64,000 nucleotides of DNA. Origin: a bacterium (lineage in GTDB: Bacteria; UBA8248; JACPRG01; G963555815). The position numbers were made by a program, and so were the translations under genes. Within the stretch, counting starts at the first letter, position 1. Each line of letters opens with the position of its first letter. The stretch covers positions 3,104,001-3,168,000 of the forward strand of contig OZ244653.1 in NCBI GenBank assembly GCA_965218795.1, given 5' to 3'. A model generated the notes under the pieces. It was not told where the DNA came from. It ran no database searches and was given only the letters and a program-made list of their open reading frames with translations. This document shows positions 20,701 through 29,167 of this stretch, piece after piece.

Positions 20701-20942
20701 GGAGAAATGTATTGCTGGCCGAACTGAGCTAGGATGTTCCGCCACCAAACGTCTTCGATGCTTCCTCCCCGTAGCCTACCCAATGTCTCGTTTAGGACGT
20801 TATCCATTAGGTCCGTTGGTTGGATGGCAAGCATTTGACTGGCTTGCCGCTCCGCACGAAGTCGTGAGACGTGCGTGAGCACAGCGTTAACGAAGGGTCG
20901 GAGAAGGGAGGCGGCAGCGGACAGGAGCGGTTGGTCGGACAT
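14754..20942 (-). CDS. Giant (~2060 aa) helical-repeat (TPR-like) protein with PIN-like nuclease segments, putative defence effector
   Basis: Intact ORF (track 14754..20981; likely start MSDQPLL). TPR-like helices such as KAWALFQSGRLQDAKDIND. PIN-like segments TIGLDVTSVMVLAYLDLL...RFHQPSRI, VYIDNLALSYLQ and LCIDDRYIN. Visibly less GC-rich than the core genes. Confidence 0.65.
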   Translation of the reverse strand: MSDQPLLSAAASLLRPFVNAVLTHVSRLRAERQASQMLAIQPTDLMDNVLNETLGRLRGGSIEDVWWRNILAQFGQQYISPDFLRKPALQEWLAEERVATDFKTLATTNLMMGVEDNEEARTRLIESYSDRTGEADQLATGPINVVIAVLVAGYIASIPSDQRASTGISQAGFKRMDARFDRLEALLPQGTPDPIIQKFHTEEADVELSKVLRLRAIDPPASRSDIQILLNRTRGGDLVAASNQTKADILYWAVRLLAVDTDTLATARELREELEQSDPRRDLSILDALFATTMGNSNDGLRIIRDKDDPDSRSVFFSILADSQGESAALDWYEQHEARDDPDFFTGFGWRNWAICTAKRGKWEETCRQLIKVETYWSEAPFLAFVEGSINSAMLLPLEYRNQVLDHAPLYAGINVIQRAKVEQHHARATICFEYVTNNFADFAGQHFTNVVSDWQLWLRLMDPNLSNATATKQEISQRMNSGSHAVNLILFAHVFDIEFDAEPLTQHLARRKQLGGLNERELLAECLLFNQSISPRDFVTYLEQHRTRLSKLLHPAFLTIMHVDALVRDGQTKRARALVAGHAADLGEGDSNRLTVMIDDHEGSDPREQLEHLYRETGQLIDLKNLISYLKTVDDRAALQPLVIELFDCETTIKNALDVVRCLGDPSCFDHESVIEFLETNGDLVVQNDDLKAVKAWALFQSGRLQDAKDINDDLLRRRSNQDDFHLDVYIAVSSGHWERVSAIIDREWPKRDSHDAETLMQLACLSGQRGQEPDHALELASLAAQKAPDDPRILAAAYWLHFKLGRDGEADPKWLMRASALSSTDEGPIWPVDLRDAVNDLFPKRRDLLQEIERKWLGGEIPMSVAAGVFNVSLARLLLHIPDQNAARLDGRPRVILPIISGGRSPVELQKNWTIGLDVTSVMVLAYLDLLEQTIEAFHHVKLAPDIMEFLFRERDETRFHQPSRIAAAKEVRVLESAGKLQAANSFIHPPDALVDEVGLELAMLLHMAEHDGGMVVCVQPIHRPESLMEQFADTSAHDHLILSTMDICTLLHEEGKIDTEDYQRATMFLKSQGQKECSNLRRSSFNGPVYIDNLALSYLQDANILQPVAAAGLNIRVHPNVLKRAHAFIEEGDVGHELGTKIEGIRTLLRNAVDNGAASFLPRTANRDERIQNRAPRFQATATLLAGTPACDALCIDDRYINSHANITDDTGQNVPIACVLDVIRHLSSRGVIDIAGHWTARHKLRRSGFAFIPLESDELMHWLTAARVDDGRMRESAELRILRQTMANIDFLGLSSLKEAATLSTNLDRVCKTAIDRVWEDASFTVEQAGALSDWVWHHLMKTAVLAREQIAADNRADWVRDLISLRLGYLLMPMTIQSEERRIQFADWIEQSVIEPLRPANADTIEKALATMCDKISALEDHHEVYGNLFLEQLPSSARKVVISKNPEFSERCGFKTESVLEIGPEIKLAESKLVKAVREVFANGAEKTIQDTSGKDVSISVDRANQNIVVTWTDSEGTSQHASLRELAILSPSQQTRINSLRSITDRMGATGPEFLYSSNDLDSRELNKQELASVFAESANGVAAVQSRLVQKLDHGLPIGVTDIVPQDISYFERFCGPAPDTRKPELYFREILIPYRQELLQRNIRAGLDICFLGALRDDLAPGQWLADVHVDVVWDALASCHAKENPFSLLGALDVALYRQDDERFEEFAAEAVTTLSNERFGRQDGPDLYMLLQVLFDFVLNRINLIENGATYPGYWKRMCAWMQAGMIARALSRPSISIDPDSLEEWLRDNMTAAGDFAGLVDARDEPMLFASRITARVLKNEILGRLRLLRWRHESEGRQVPRSNDLDQALARATDSGEILVLEFPGPLEGHRRPTELIPQELSEKLEEADVHDPETCPLQPLVTVSQLFAVGEPELDHARKTVRELSHEVSESNLKCLASASIVAAANRDTILADDIADAAVRMAPQVTQGEEIHKLFQFILQAVAAHEAHDTWFQWIEERLTYIAIHLPSPPNNCLKVFQDHLDEIGKVLPIDSWFQVRARSIASSGMA

Positions 20943-20980
20943 CTTCCAGTATTCCGTTTCGCAAAGCTCACGCTTTGGCA

Positions 20981-21385
20981 CTAGGAGTCAACGTTCCCCG
21001 GTATCTCTAAAGTATCGTTCAGCAACGATGCCTGCATTTCTCGGGCGGCCTGAACCATGTCATCCATTTCTCCACTACGCCCCTGGCGGGTCATTTCGTC
21101 GCGCTTCAGGGTCGCAAGGATATAGGTGGTTCGGAAAATACGCTCGAGCAACTCCACATGTCCAGGTGTGAAAGCGGCGGTGCCGGCGATGAATTTGCCA
21201 TCAGCGAGACTCATTGCGGCGTGGCGCACGAACACCGCAGCCGTCATCCCGCGCTCGTTGGCCGCCTGTTCAACCCGAGCCCATTCGGAATCCGAGAACC
21301 GGATCGAGCGCGGCGTGCGCGGATCGGTATTTTTTTTGTCCGCGTTCGCATCGGTTTCGGCGGCGGCTGGATCGCTTTCCGTCAT
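20981..21385 (-). CDS. Ribbon-helix-helix (CopG/MobC-like) DNA-binding protein
   Basis: RTPRSIRFSDSEWARVEQAANERGMTAAVFVRHAA pattern; start MTESDP at 21385 after a GGAGG RBS. Confidence 0.7.
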   Translation of the reverse strand: MTESDPAAAETDANADKKNTDPRTPRSIRFSDSEWARVEQAANERGMTAAVFVRHAAMSLADGKFIAGTAAFTPGHVELLERIFRTTYILATLKRDEMTRQGRSGEMDDMVQAAREMQASLLNDTLEIPGNVDS

Positions 21386-21480
21386 AATTTTGCTCCTCCA
21401 GGCTTCGGTTTTCGTTGGGAAGCCGCCACCTTCGCGCAGATAACGGGATGGTTCCGGTCTCCCATGACGTCGATCCTTCC

Positions 21481-21497
21481 GTATGCTTGCAGCATAC
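21481..21497. promoter_or_regulatory. Palindromic putative operator upstream of the RHH gene
   Basis: GTATGCT-tgc-AGCATAC is a perfect 7-bp inverted repeat ~95 bp upstream of the RHH start. Confidence 0.4.
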
Positions 21498-21960
21498 ACG
21501 AAGTGCCGCGGCCGCAGAAGGGCCGTCTGCTTCCGGAATACGGTCCGGCCGGAACGCAGGGATTCCAAGGGATCCAGGCGTATGCTGGAGAGCATACGCT
21601 CGATCCAACAACAATCGGGCGGATACTGACGTTGTTTGCGCCAGACACTGCATGACAAGCGCGCGCAGGATGTCCCTTCACCTTCAGGTGCGTGGGGTAT
21701 GAGAGTAAAGCGCCGACCGGCGTCCGACAGACCAGAATGCGAGGAACGAACGAAGGGAGAATCTCCGCGGGCGCGGGACGCGCGGGGGAGCCGCCGCGGC
21801 GATTGAGCGGACGGCCGTGCGGAGCACGGTGCATGGAGCAGTGCGGGACGGAGTCAGCAGTGGGGTCCGCACCAGTCGGTGCGAAGTGCGGCGGGCGGTG
21901 CAAGGAAGGAAGAACGGGCCGCGCCGCCGGGTGGCGACACGACCCGCGAGGTCGTTCGGA

Positions 21961-22884
21961 TCAGGCGGCAACGCACTGGACCGGGATACCGAGCTTGCGC
22001 GCCTTGTCCACCAGATTGTCCGTGATGCCCGAACCCGGGAACGCGATGACGCCCTTGGGCAACAGGTCCAGCAGCTCGTCGTTCCTACGGAAGGGAGCGG
22101 CGCGTCCGTGTGCGTCCCAGTCGGGCTTGCAGACGATCTGGTGGACGCCGTTGCGATCCGCCCACTTGGCCGCGATGCGCTCGACGCCGGGGCCGCCTCC
22201 GTGGACCAGGACCACATCGTCGTACTTGGCCTTGAGCCTCTCCAGATGCCGGATGACCGTACCGGCGTCGGTGGCCTGCTTGCCGCCTGCCACCGCCACG
22301 AGCGTTCCCTGTGGCAGGAGCGCCTTGTTCTCCCGGTCCCTGCGGGCACGCTGGAAGTCGCGGGCGTCGATCATGGCCGAAGTGAGCTTGCCGGTCTGGC
22401 TGGTGTGGGACCCGCGCCGGGGCCGCCAGACATCGCCGGTCTCGATGCGGTAGGCCTCGGCCGCTGCATCTCTGAGCTGCTCGAAGGCGTCCCGCCGGTC
22501 CGTGAGGTTCTTGGTCCGGTCGGTGACGAGTTCGAGCTCTCGGGACCGGATCTCGGAGCCGTCCTGCTCTCGCTGGAGGTCGCGCATGTCGGGGACGAGC
22601 CTGTCGGCCGCGCGGTCGAGGCGCTGGGTCTGCGCGTCGAGCATGTTGACGAAGCCCCAGAGCAGGCTCTCGCGCTCGTCGGCGAGTTGCGTTCCGTCGG
22701 GCGCGACGCCGTGTGCCATGATGCGGAAGGCTTCCGTGACGGCGGAGATCGCGTTCTCCGGGTCCCAGAGCTCCCGGTTGTCGAATTCGTCTTGCTCCGG
22801 GGTAGCGCCGAAGAGAGCCGCCTGGTCGCAGACGGTGGCGGTGACGGACTGCGCTTGCGCTTGGATGTTGTCGATATCGTTCAT
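21961..22884 (-). CDS. DUF2493 (SLOG/YspA-like) domain protein of plasmid/ICE backbones
   Basis: C-terminal VAVAGG...LVHGGGPGVERIAAKWA...KPDW..HGRAAPFRRND...IAFPGSGIT; start MNDIDN after an AAGGAG RBS. Confidence 0.85.
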   Translation of the reverse strand: MNDIDNIQAQAQSVTATVCDQAALFGATPEQDEFDNRELWDPENAISAVTEAFRIMAHGVAPDGTQLADERESLLWGFVNMLDAQTQRLDRAADRLVPDMRDLQREQDGSEIRSRELELVTDRTKNLTDRRDAFEQLRDAAAEAYRIETGDVWRPRRGSHTSQTGKLTSAMIDARDFQRARRDRENKALLPQGTLVAVAGGKQATDAGTVIRHLERLKAKYDDVVLVHGGGPGVERIAAKWADRNGVHQIVCKPDWDAHGRAAPFRRNDELLDLLPKGVIAFPGSGITDNLVDKARKLGIPVQCVAA

Positions 22885-23532
22885 GATGCTCTCCTTATGG
22901 ATTGAGTGTAGAGAACCGTTATGGTTCGTTGTGCGGAGAGAGTCTCCGAACGTGATGGTTGAGTGGCCCACGCGCGCGCAGCAAAGTCACCGCGGCCGCA
23001 AGGCCTGGCGCGGCGAGGGGCGCGAGTGGTGCGGGCGCACAAGCGACCGCAGGGAGCGCGGAGCCTCGGTCGCGTTTCTCGGCGCGCCTAGGCGCTTCAG
23101 CGCCGTAGCCTTGCGAGCCAAGGCCGGAACGGAGCGTAGCGGAGAGTAGGACCCCTTAGGGGTTGGCGCAGCGAGCACGTGTGGGACAATGGGCCATCAC
23201 GTCGGGAGGGATATTGTTAGCGATTGGCGCGGACCCCCTGGGCGGTTCCGGAATTGAGACCCGGGTCTCGGGCGCCGGCCCGGCAAGCGGAGATTGCAGC
23301 GGAGAGCCCGGCCCGAAGGGATCGCCCGAAGACGGCATGGCCCGTCACCGCAAGGGACGCGTATCGACGAGTCGCTCCGCAACCTCGCAGGCGAGATTGC
23401 CATCGTGGTAGACCCTGGACTCGTACGGGCGATGCTCCTCAAGGTAACGGATTGCATTTCGGTTCTCCTTCCGTGTTGCCGATGCCCGGGGCCCTCTCTC
23501 TCCCTCCTCGCGGCGTTCGCCCCTCTCCCGCT

Positions 23533-23868
23533 TCACTCTCCCCTCCGTTCCGCCAGAACGGAGGCCGCCCATGCCGCGGCGCGGGCGAGGACCTGCCCAT
23601 GGCAGGGCAGCGGCGCGCACCGGCAGGCCAGCGGCTTGCCGTGAAGGGCGGCGAGTTCGTCGAGCCCGACCTCGGCGGCGCGAATGCGGCGCCAGAGATC
23701 GGCGCGATAGCGCGCGATCACTTCATCGCGCGGTCCGTCCGGGCCGATGCGGAACCGGTTTCCCCATTGAAAGCGGCGGTCGATCCGCACGGTCCCGCCG
23801 TGCTCCGCCTTGCCGTCGAGCGCCGCCCGCAGGGCGGGCGCATGCCTGAGATTGACGATGTGCGCCAT
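23533..23868 (-). CDS. DUF4326 domain protein
   Basis: VRIDRR.QWGNRFRIGPDG.RDEVIARY...LHGKPLAC.CAPLPCHGQVL. Confidence 0.8.
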   Translation of the reverse strand: MAHIVNLRHAPALRAALDGKAEHGGTVRIDRRFQWGNRFRIGPDGPRDEVIARYRADLWRRIRAAEVGLDELAALHGKPLACRCAPLPCHGQVLARAAAWAASVLAERRGE

Positions 23869-23892
23869 GCTCCGTTTCTCCTTTGGATCCGT

Positions 23893-24797
23893 TCACCCCT
23901 CCCCGGCTCTCCCCTCCCTCTCTCCGACCCGCTGCGGCGCGGGGAACAGGGCGGCGAGCCGAAGGGACAGGACCCGGGGTCCGAGTGCAACGAGGTCGTC
24001 GTTGAAGTCGCCGTATTCGGAGACGATGACGTGGGCGGCGACGCCCGCCCGCGCGCAGCGCCGGGCGAGGCGTTGGGCGGCCCGCTCTCCCTCGGAATCG
24101 TTGTCGCGGGCGATGACGAGGCGCGCGACGCCGCCAGGCGGAGCGAACGCGCCGAGGCTTCCGGCCGAGAGCGCGGCCGCCGAAATGACCCCGGGCGCCG
24201 CGGTGACGATCGACAGCACCGTCTCGATGCCTTCGCCGACGAGCAGCGAAGCGGCGGCGGCGGGCCTGCCGAAGCGCACGGCGCGTCCGTGGATGCGGCC
24301 GAGCGCCTTGCGCGGGGCCGCGACGTCCGCCTTGGCGGGCAAGCGCGGATCGAGCCAGGTGCGCTGCACGCCGTGGATGGCGCCGTCGTCGCCGGTCACG
24401 GCGGCGACCAGCGCCGGAAAACGGCGCAGGGAAGAGCCTTCGCGATAGCGAAGCTCGGGATGGAAGCGCAATGCCGGGAACCGGCAGCGCGCGAGCCCGC
24501 GGGCGCGGAGATAGGCCTCCGCATGGGTGCCGTGGATGGCGCGGCAACGCCGCCAGAGGCGGCGGGCCGCTTTTGTTGCGTCGTAGCTCTTGCCCGACGC
24601 CGGCGGAGCCGGCAGGGCGAGGAAGGCGCGGGCCTCGGCGAGCGCCCGCGAGCGCCTTCGAGATCGCCGGCGACCCAGTACCGGCCCTGCTTGCGGCCCT
24701 GGGGCAGGTAACGCCGGCAGACGGCCTCGGCGCGCGCGCCGAGCGCGGCGGCGATGTCGGCGGCGGGAGATGCGGAACGGGACGATGGGGGCGGCAT
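23893..24797 (-). pseudogene. Plasmid toprim/primase (TraC-like) with an internal deletion and frameshift
   Basis: The N-terminal AEAVCRRYLPQGRKQGRYWVAGDL segment is joined out of frame at ~24645 to LAEARAFL...AEAYLRARG...LRFHP, followed by toprim GEGIET...IARDND...GDFNDDL. Confidence 0.8.
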
Positions 24798-24990
24798 GAC
24801 GGGCCTCCTCTGGATGGACGGGGAACGCCCGATACCGGCCGGCCTCCGCTCTCGCCGGCGCCGGAGGACGAAGCGCCGCGCGTAGCGCTGGCGCGATGCC
24901 CGAACGGGTACGGACTCGGAACGGGCAGCAAAAAGATGGGCCGACGCGCGAAGCGCCGGCCCAGGTGGAGAGAGGAAACGGAATGCGCGA

Positions 24991-25416
24991 TCAGAACGGG
25001 ATGTCGTCGATGGGCGCTTCGGCGGACGGCGTCTCCGTCTCCGACACCGGCGCGCCGTTGCCGTTGGGCTTGTCGAGGAACTGCACGCGCCCGCCCGGAA
25101 CCAGCAGGATCTCGGTCGAGAACCGGTCGGAGTCCTCCTCGTCCTTCTTCCAGCGACGGGTCTGCAGCTTGCCCGCCACATAGACCAGCCGGCCCTTCGT
25201 CGCGTGCTTCTCGAACATGTCCACCAGCCCGGGCTGGAAGGTCACGACCCGGTGCCACTCGGTCTTGTCGACCCGATCGCCGGTCTGCTTGTCGATGTAG
25301 CCCTCGTCGGTGGCGATGGACAGGTTGGCCACGCGTCCTCCGGTGGCGAGGTGGTTGACGGTGACGTCGGCCCCGAGGCGTCCGATCAGTTCAGCGCGAT
25401 TGAGTCCGAATGCCAT
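24991..25416 (-). CDS. ssb: Single-stranded DNA-binding protein (mobile-element copy)
   Basis: LNRAELIGRLGAD, TEWHRVV, GRLVYVAGKLQTRRW and the acidic tail DDIPF. Confidence 0.95.
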   Translation of the reverse strand: MAFGLNRAELIGRLGADVTVNHLATGGRVANLSIATDEGYIDKQTGDRVDKTEWHRVVTFQPGLVDMFEKHATKGRLVYVAGKLQTRRWKKDEEDSDRFSTEILLVPGGRVQFLDKPNGNGAPVSETETPSAEAPIDDIPF

Positions 25417-25497
25417 GATTGTTCTCCTTATGCGTGTGGGTGTGGATGACAACGGGTGACGGAAGGGGGGAGAGCCTCTCTCTCCGGCCCCCTTGGT

Positions 25498-25644
25498 TCA
25501 CCCTATGAACAGCCTCTCTTCTTCTCCGGCGTCGGCCTGGGCGGCTTCGGCGCGGATCCTGCGGATCGTGTACGAGTCGAGGCCGATCTCGGCGAGCAGT
25601 TCGTCACCTGTGGGGAGTTCGAGGTCGAGGTCCGGGTCGATCAT
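25498..25644 (-). CDS. Small acidic hypothetical protein (48 aa)
   Basis: Below the track cutoff. MIDPDLDLELPTGDELLAEIGLDSYTIRRIRAEAAQADAGEEERLFIG, with an AGGAG RBS. Confidence 0.45.
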   Translation of the reverse strand: MIDPDLDLELPTGDELLAEIGLDSYTIRRIRAEAAQADAGEEERLFIG

Positions 25645-26246
25645 GGGCTTGTCTCCTGTCCGGGATTGCCGCTTCCGGCATCGGGACCGGGAGATCGTCT
25701 CCCTCTCCCCTGCCGGGCGTTCGCCCGGCTCTTGCCCGACTCGTCCTCTCCAAAGGCGGTTCGCGAGCTTGCATCGCGGCTCGTCATGCGGTCCGGTGCG
25801 GCATGGACGGACGGGGATTTCTCAGGCGGCGCTGATTCTGGCTGCCGGCGCTGCTGTGGCTGCCGGCAGGGGTCATGGCGCAGGCGGCGTTCCGCTTCAT
25901 GCCCGGAGAGGGATCGTGGGCAGGCCTCGGCATGTGGCTGCCGATGATGCTGATGGCGGGGTCGTCGCTGATCGTCGTGGCGCCGTGCGGCCTGCCGCCG
26001 CCTGGGCAACGGGGATCGGTCTGGGGGCCGTCACGGTGGTGGCGTCCGTCCTCGCGGGACTGCTCGGCCCGCCGGCGATCGCGGTCTGTGTGGCGGTGCT
26101 CAGCCTGCCGGTCTGGATCGCGGCGCTGTAGCTCGCCCGGCGGGGTTGAAAGCAGACGGCGGCAGACCGGCCATACGTATGGCCGCCGCCCGGCCGGCGA
26201 TACGGATACGCGGATTCCGGCGGCGAGCGGCCCCGCCGAACGCGGA

Positions 26247-26863
26247 TCACCACGAGGTAGAGGTCAAGGTCGCCATGGGTGAAACATCGGAGATGATCTC
26301 GACTTGTTCCCGGGAAAGCCGGGCGAAGGCCAGGCACATCGCGACCTCCTCCCAGCTGTCCCAGGTTCCGTGATCCTCGCCCGTCGCGGTCTCGATGACC
26401 GTGTAACGCGGAGGCCAGATCGGAATGCCGCGATGTTCGCCCGAATGCACATAAGAGCGGCGGGCGCAGGAGGGACAACGCGACGCGCCCCGGGATGGCT
26501 CCCGGCAGTCCGTGCAAAGCCCCCGTACGTGCCGCCTTCAACGGGCGGATGCCTGCCGCAGCGCGTGCACAGGCCGGCGTCCCTCCGAGCCTGATCGCGT
26601 CGCCTGCTCCTACCGCGTGCGATCCTGCGGCATCGTTCGGCGTCGCGGCCGCCGTAAAGCTTGCCGGCCGCCTTGCCCGCCGCGTAGCGGGCGCGCTCGG
26701 CCTTGCGCCGCTTCTCGCGGCAGCGTTGGCACAAGCTGTGATCCGGTGCGGGCGGGGCCGATCCGCATTTCGGGCAAAGCCCGAGCGCGATGTGCTCTTC
26801 GGTGAGGCGCCGGTAGCATTGCCGGTCGCGGGCGCGCGCCTTGGCGGGATCCTTGTAAGGCAT
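26247..26863 (-). pseudogene. Repeated C4 zinc-ribbon protein, frameshifted or internally deleted
   Basis: LCPKCG...LCQRC and LCTRCG, then in another frame after ~26525 LCTDCREPSRGASRCPSC followed by HSGEHRGIPIWPPRYTVIE...CLAFARL. Confidence 0.6.
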
Positions 26864-26903
26864 CGGCGGTGTCCTCCCTGCCGCGGTTGCGATCGAACGC
26901 CGT

Positions 26904-27227
26904 TCAGCGATGCTTGCCGTTCACGAACAGGCCGGTCGCCAGGTCGCCCCAGTACTGCACGCCGGCGGTGGCGTAATTGACGCCCGTGCAGATGATGATC
27001 TCGTCGCGCTGGGGTCGCATCCGCTGGACGGTGCGCAGCGAGACGACCTCGCGGGACGCCTTGCCCCGGACCTTCTTCGACGGCCCGCCGGCGCGCGCGG
27101 GGTGGATCTCGCCGTCGGCCATAGACTGGAACCGTTCGACGCGGTACCGGTCGTCATCGAGGCCCCGGCCGAACAAGTGGGTGAGGAAAGTGTGCGCGTT
27201 TCCGCGCGGCAGCCTGATCGTCTGCAT
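26904..27227 (-). CDS. Hypothetical protein (107 aa)
   Basis: Start MQTIRLPRG after a GGAGA RBS; same strand as the rest of the backbone. Confidence 0.5.
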   Translation of the reverse strand: MQTIRLPRGNAHTFLTHLFGRGLDDDRYRVERFQSMADGEIHPARAGGPSKKVRGKASREVVSLRTVQRMRPQRDEIIICTGVNYATAGVQYWGDLATGLFVNGKHR

Positions 27228-27419
27228 TGTGCCGTCTCCCGTGTCTTGGTGGTTGCGGGCGGCGGAGACGCCCTCCCCGGGCATCCGACCGCCGCCCCGC
27301 TCACGGCCCGGCTCGCCCTCTCCGCGGCGCGATGCACGGCGGGGAACCGCGGCGCGGGTTCGGCGTGTTGCCGGAAGAAAGCTGGCGCGGGCGCGGAACC
27401 AGCTTCCCGGGCGGTGGCG

Positions 27420-27598
27420 TACCGATGGGGTGGACGCCCCCTCCCGACGGCATCGCAGTGTGGCAAGGTGGTGGTGTTGTTTACCGCCCTGAAGGAGGAG
27501 CATCCATGGAACAAGTGAGCATCATCGGCATTGATCTGGCGAAACACGGCTTTCAACTGCACGGTGCGCGGTTGGACGGATCGGTTGCGTTTCGCAAG
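27420..27598 (+). mobile_element. IS110-family left end and transposase N-terminus, truncated by IS3
   Basis: GAAGGAGGAG RBS, then ATG 27506 MEQVSIIGIDLAKHGFQLHG...VAFRK (DEDD RuvC-like first strand); cut at TG 27599. Confidence 0.8.
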
Positions 27599-28455
27599 TG
27601 GATTTAACCCGGCGGTGGACACCTCAGACTGTGCGCAGGAGGTGTTCAGATGGCAAAGACTCATCCGCCTTACGCGCTGGCGTACCGGCGCCAGATGGTC
27701 GAACTGGTTCGCTCGGGCCGTACGCCCGGGGAGCTGGCACGCGAGTTGGAGTGCTCCGCTTCGGCGATTCGCTACTGGGTACGCCAAGCCGATCGGGATG
27801 AGGGCCGTCGTGAGGACGGTCTGAGGAGCACGGAGCTCGAGGAACTGCGGCGGCTTCGTCGGGAGAATCGCCAGCTTCGCGAGGAACGGGAGAGCCTACA
27901 AAAAAGCTACGGCTTGGTTCGCACGGGAGACCGGCTCGGTACGGGCGAAGTGTTCGAGCTCGTGAGGGCGAATCAGGCCCATCATCGGGTAGCCACGATG
28001 TGCCGGGTGCTGGGTGTCTCTCCCAGCGGGTACTACGCGTGGCGAAGCCGTGGGCGTTCGAATCGTGCGAAGCGCGACGAGGAGTTGCGGGGCACGATAC
28101 GGACCATCCACGATGCCTCTGGAGGCGCCTACGGGGCGCCTCGGGTGCATGCCGAGCTGGTGGCCCAGGGATGCCAAGTGAGTCGCAAACGGGTAGCTCG
28201 CCTGATGCGCGAGGCGGGATTGGCCGGGGTGAGCTGACGCCGAGGCACGGGCACTACGCGTGTGGACCCGAGCCATCGTGCGGTGCCGGACCGGGTCGAA
28301 CGCCAGTTCCAGGACGATGCGCCGGACCGCCTCTGGGTGGTGGGATGGTCGATGGCCCATCATCTTCGCACCGAACTGGTGCTCGGGGCGCTGAACATGG
28401 CGTTGGGACAACGCCGCCCCGAAGGGGTCGTGCATCATTCCGACAGGGAGTATGT
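27599..28455 (+). mobile_element. IS3-family element, internally deleted
   Basis: Left end TGGATTTAACCCGGCGGTGGACAC; orfA at 27650; A-rich slippery site near 27900; orfB MCRVLGVSPSGYYAW and YGAPRVHAEL; stop at 28237; remnant VHHSDR. Confidence 0.85.
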
Positions 28456-28459
28456 GAGG

Positions 28460-28790
28460 GCCGGTTACCTGAGGTGGTCTGACCCGTACCGCGAGCAACG
28501 CCTTCGCACCTGCGCGGCCTGGAGACCGGACACCGTCGGATACCGCGACCCCGTCCGTGGTCGCCACCAAGCTCTCGCTGAAGTACCTCGCCCGCAGGGT
28601 CCTGGACCTGAATGACGAGATCGCCGAGCTGAACCGGTTCAACGGTCCGCTGGTCGAGGAGCTCGCGCCCAATCTGCTCGAGCTCGAAGGCGTGGGAATC
28701 GAGAATGCTGGCGAACTGATGGTCGCCGCGGGGGAGAATCTGGACCGGCTGCGCTCCGAGGCGAGCTTCGCGATGATGTGTGGCGCCTGC
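28460..28790 (+). pseudogene. IS110 transposase central fragment
   Basis: LARRVLDLNDEIAEL...APNLLELEGVGIENAGELMVAAGENLDRLRSEASFAMMCG. Confidence 0.75.
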
Positions 28791-28889
28791 CTGACCAGAC
28801 CGAGTTTTTGTACCACTCCTTGGGAGAGAGTTTACATGACAGCCTGAGGCTGTGAACCCGGTTTTGGGGGGAAGGAATGGCTTACAGGC

Positions 28890-29025
28890 CCCCGGCGCCT
28901 CGGCCTGCGCCTCGTTGCAGAACCACCGCTCGCCCTTCGACGTGTCGATTCGGGTCTGGTCATAGGCCCGGCCTCCCGGCACATGATAGATGCGCACGCC
29001 CGTGCGGCTGATGTTCCCCTTTCTG
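28890..29025 (-). pseudogene. C-terminal fragment of a thermonuclease/ExoI-like protein
   Basis: KGNISRTGVRIYHVPGGRAYDQTRIDTSKGERWFCNEAQAEA. Confidence 0.65.
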
Positions 29026-29167
29026 ATGCGCTACAACCTTTCGAGATGTCCTCCATGCGGAGGAGGGGACGGGTCATGGGCCGGCCGCGGTCGGTAGAGG
29101 AGCCGACGGGGGGAAAGCCGGGCGATGCCGGCCCTCCCCCGTGTCCGAATCGTATGGACTGAGACGG

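Noticed and set aside
21660-21730. Possible oriT near the RHH gene (TAAAGCGCC)
   Set aside because: Only a partial resemblance to MOBQ nic sites, and no relaxase in the window.
23224-25358. Long Arg/Pro/Gly-rich ORFs (495, 511 and 295 aa)
   Set aside because: Off-frame products of very GC-rich DNA overlapping DUF4326, the primase pseudogene and ssb.
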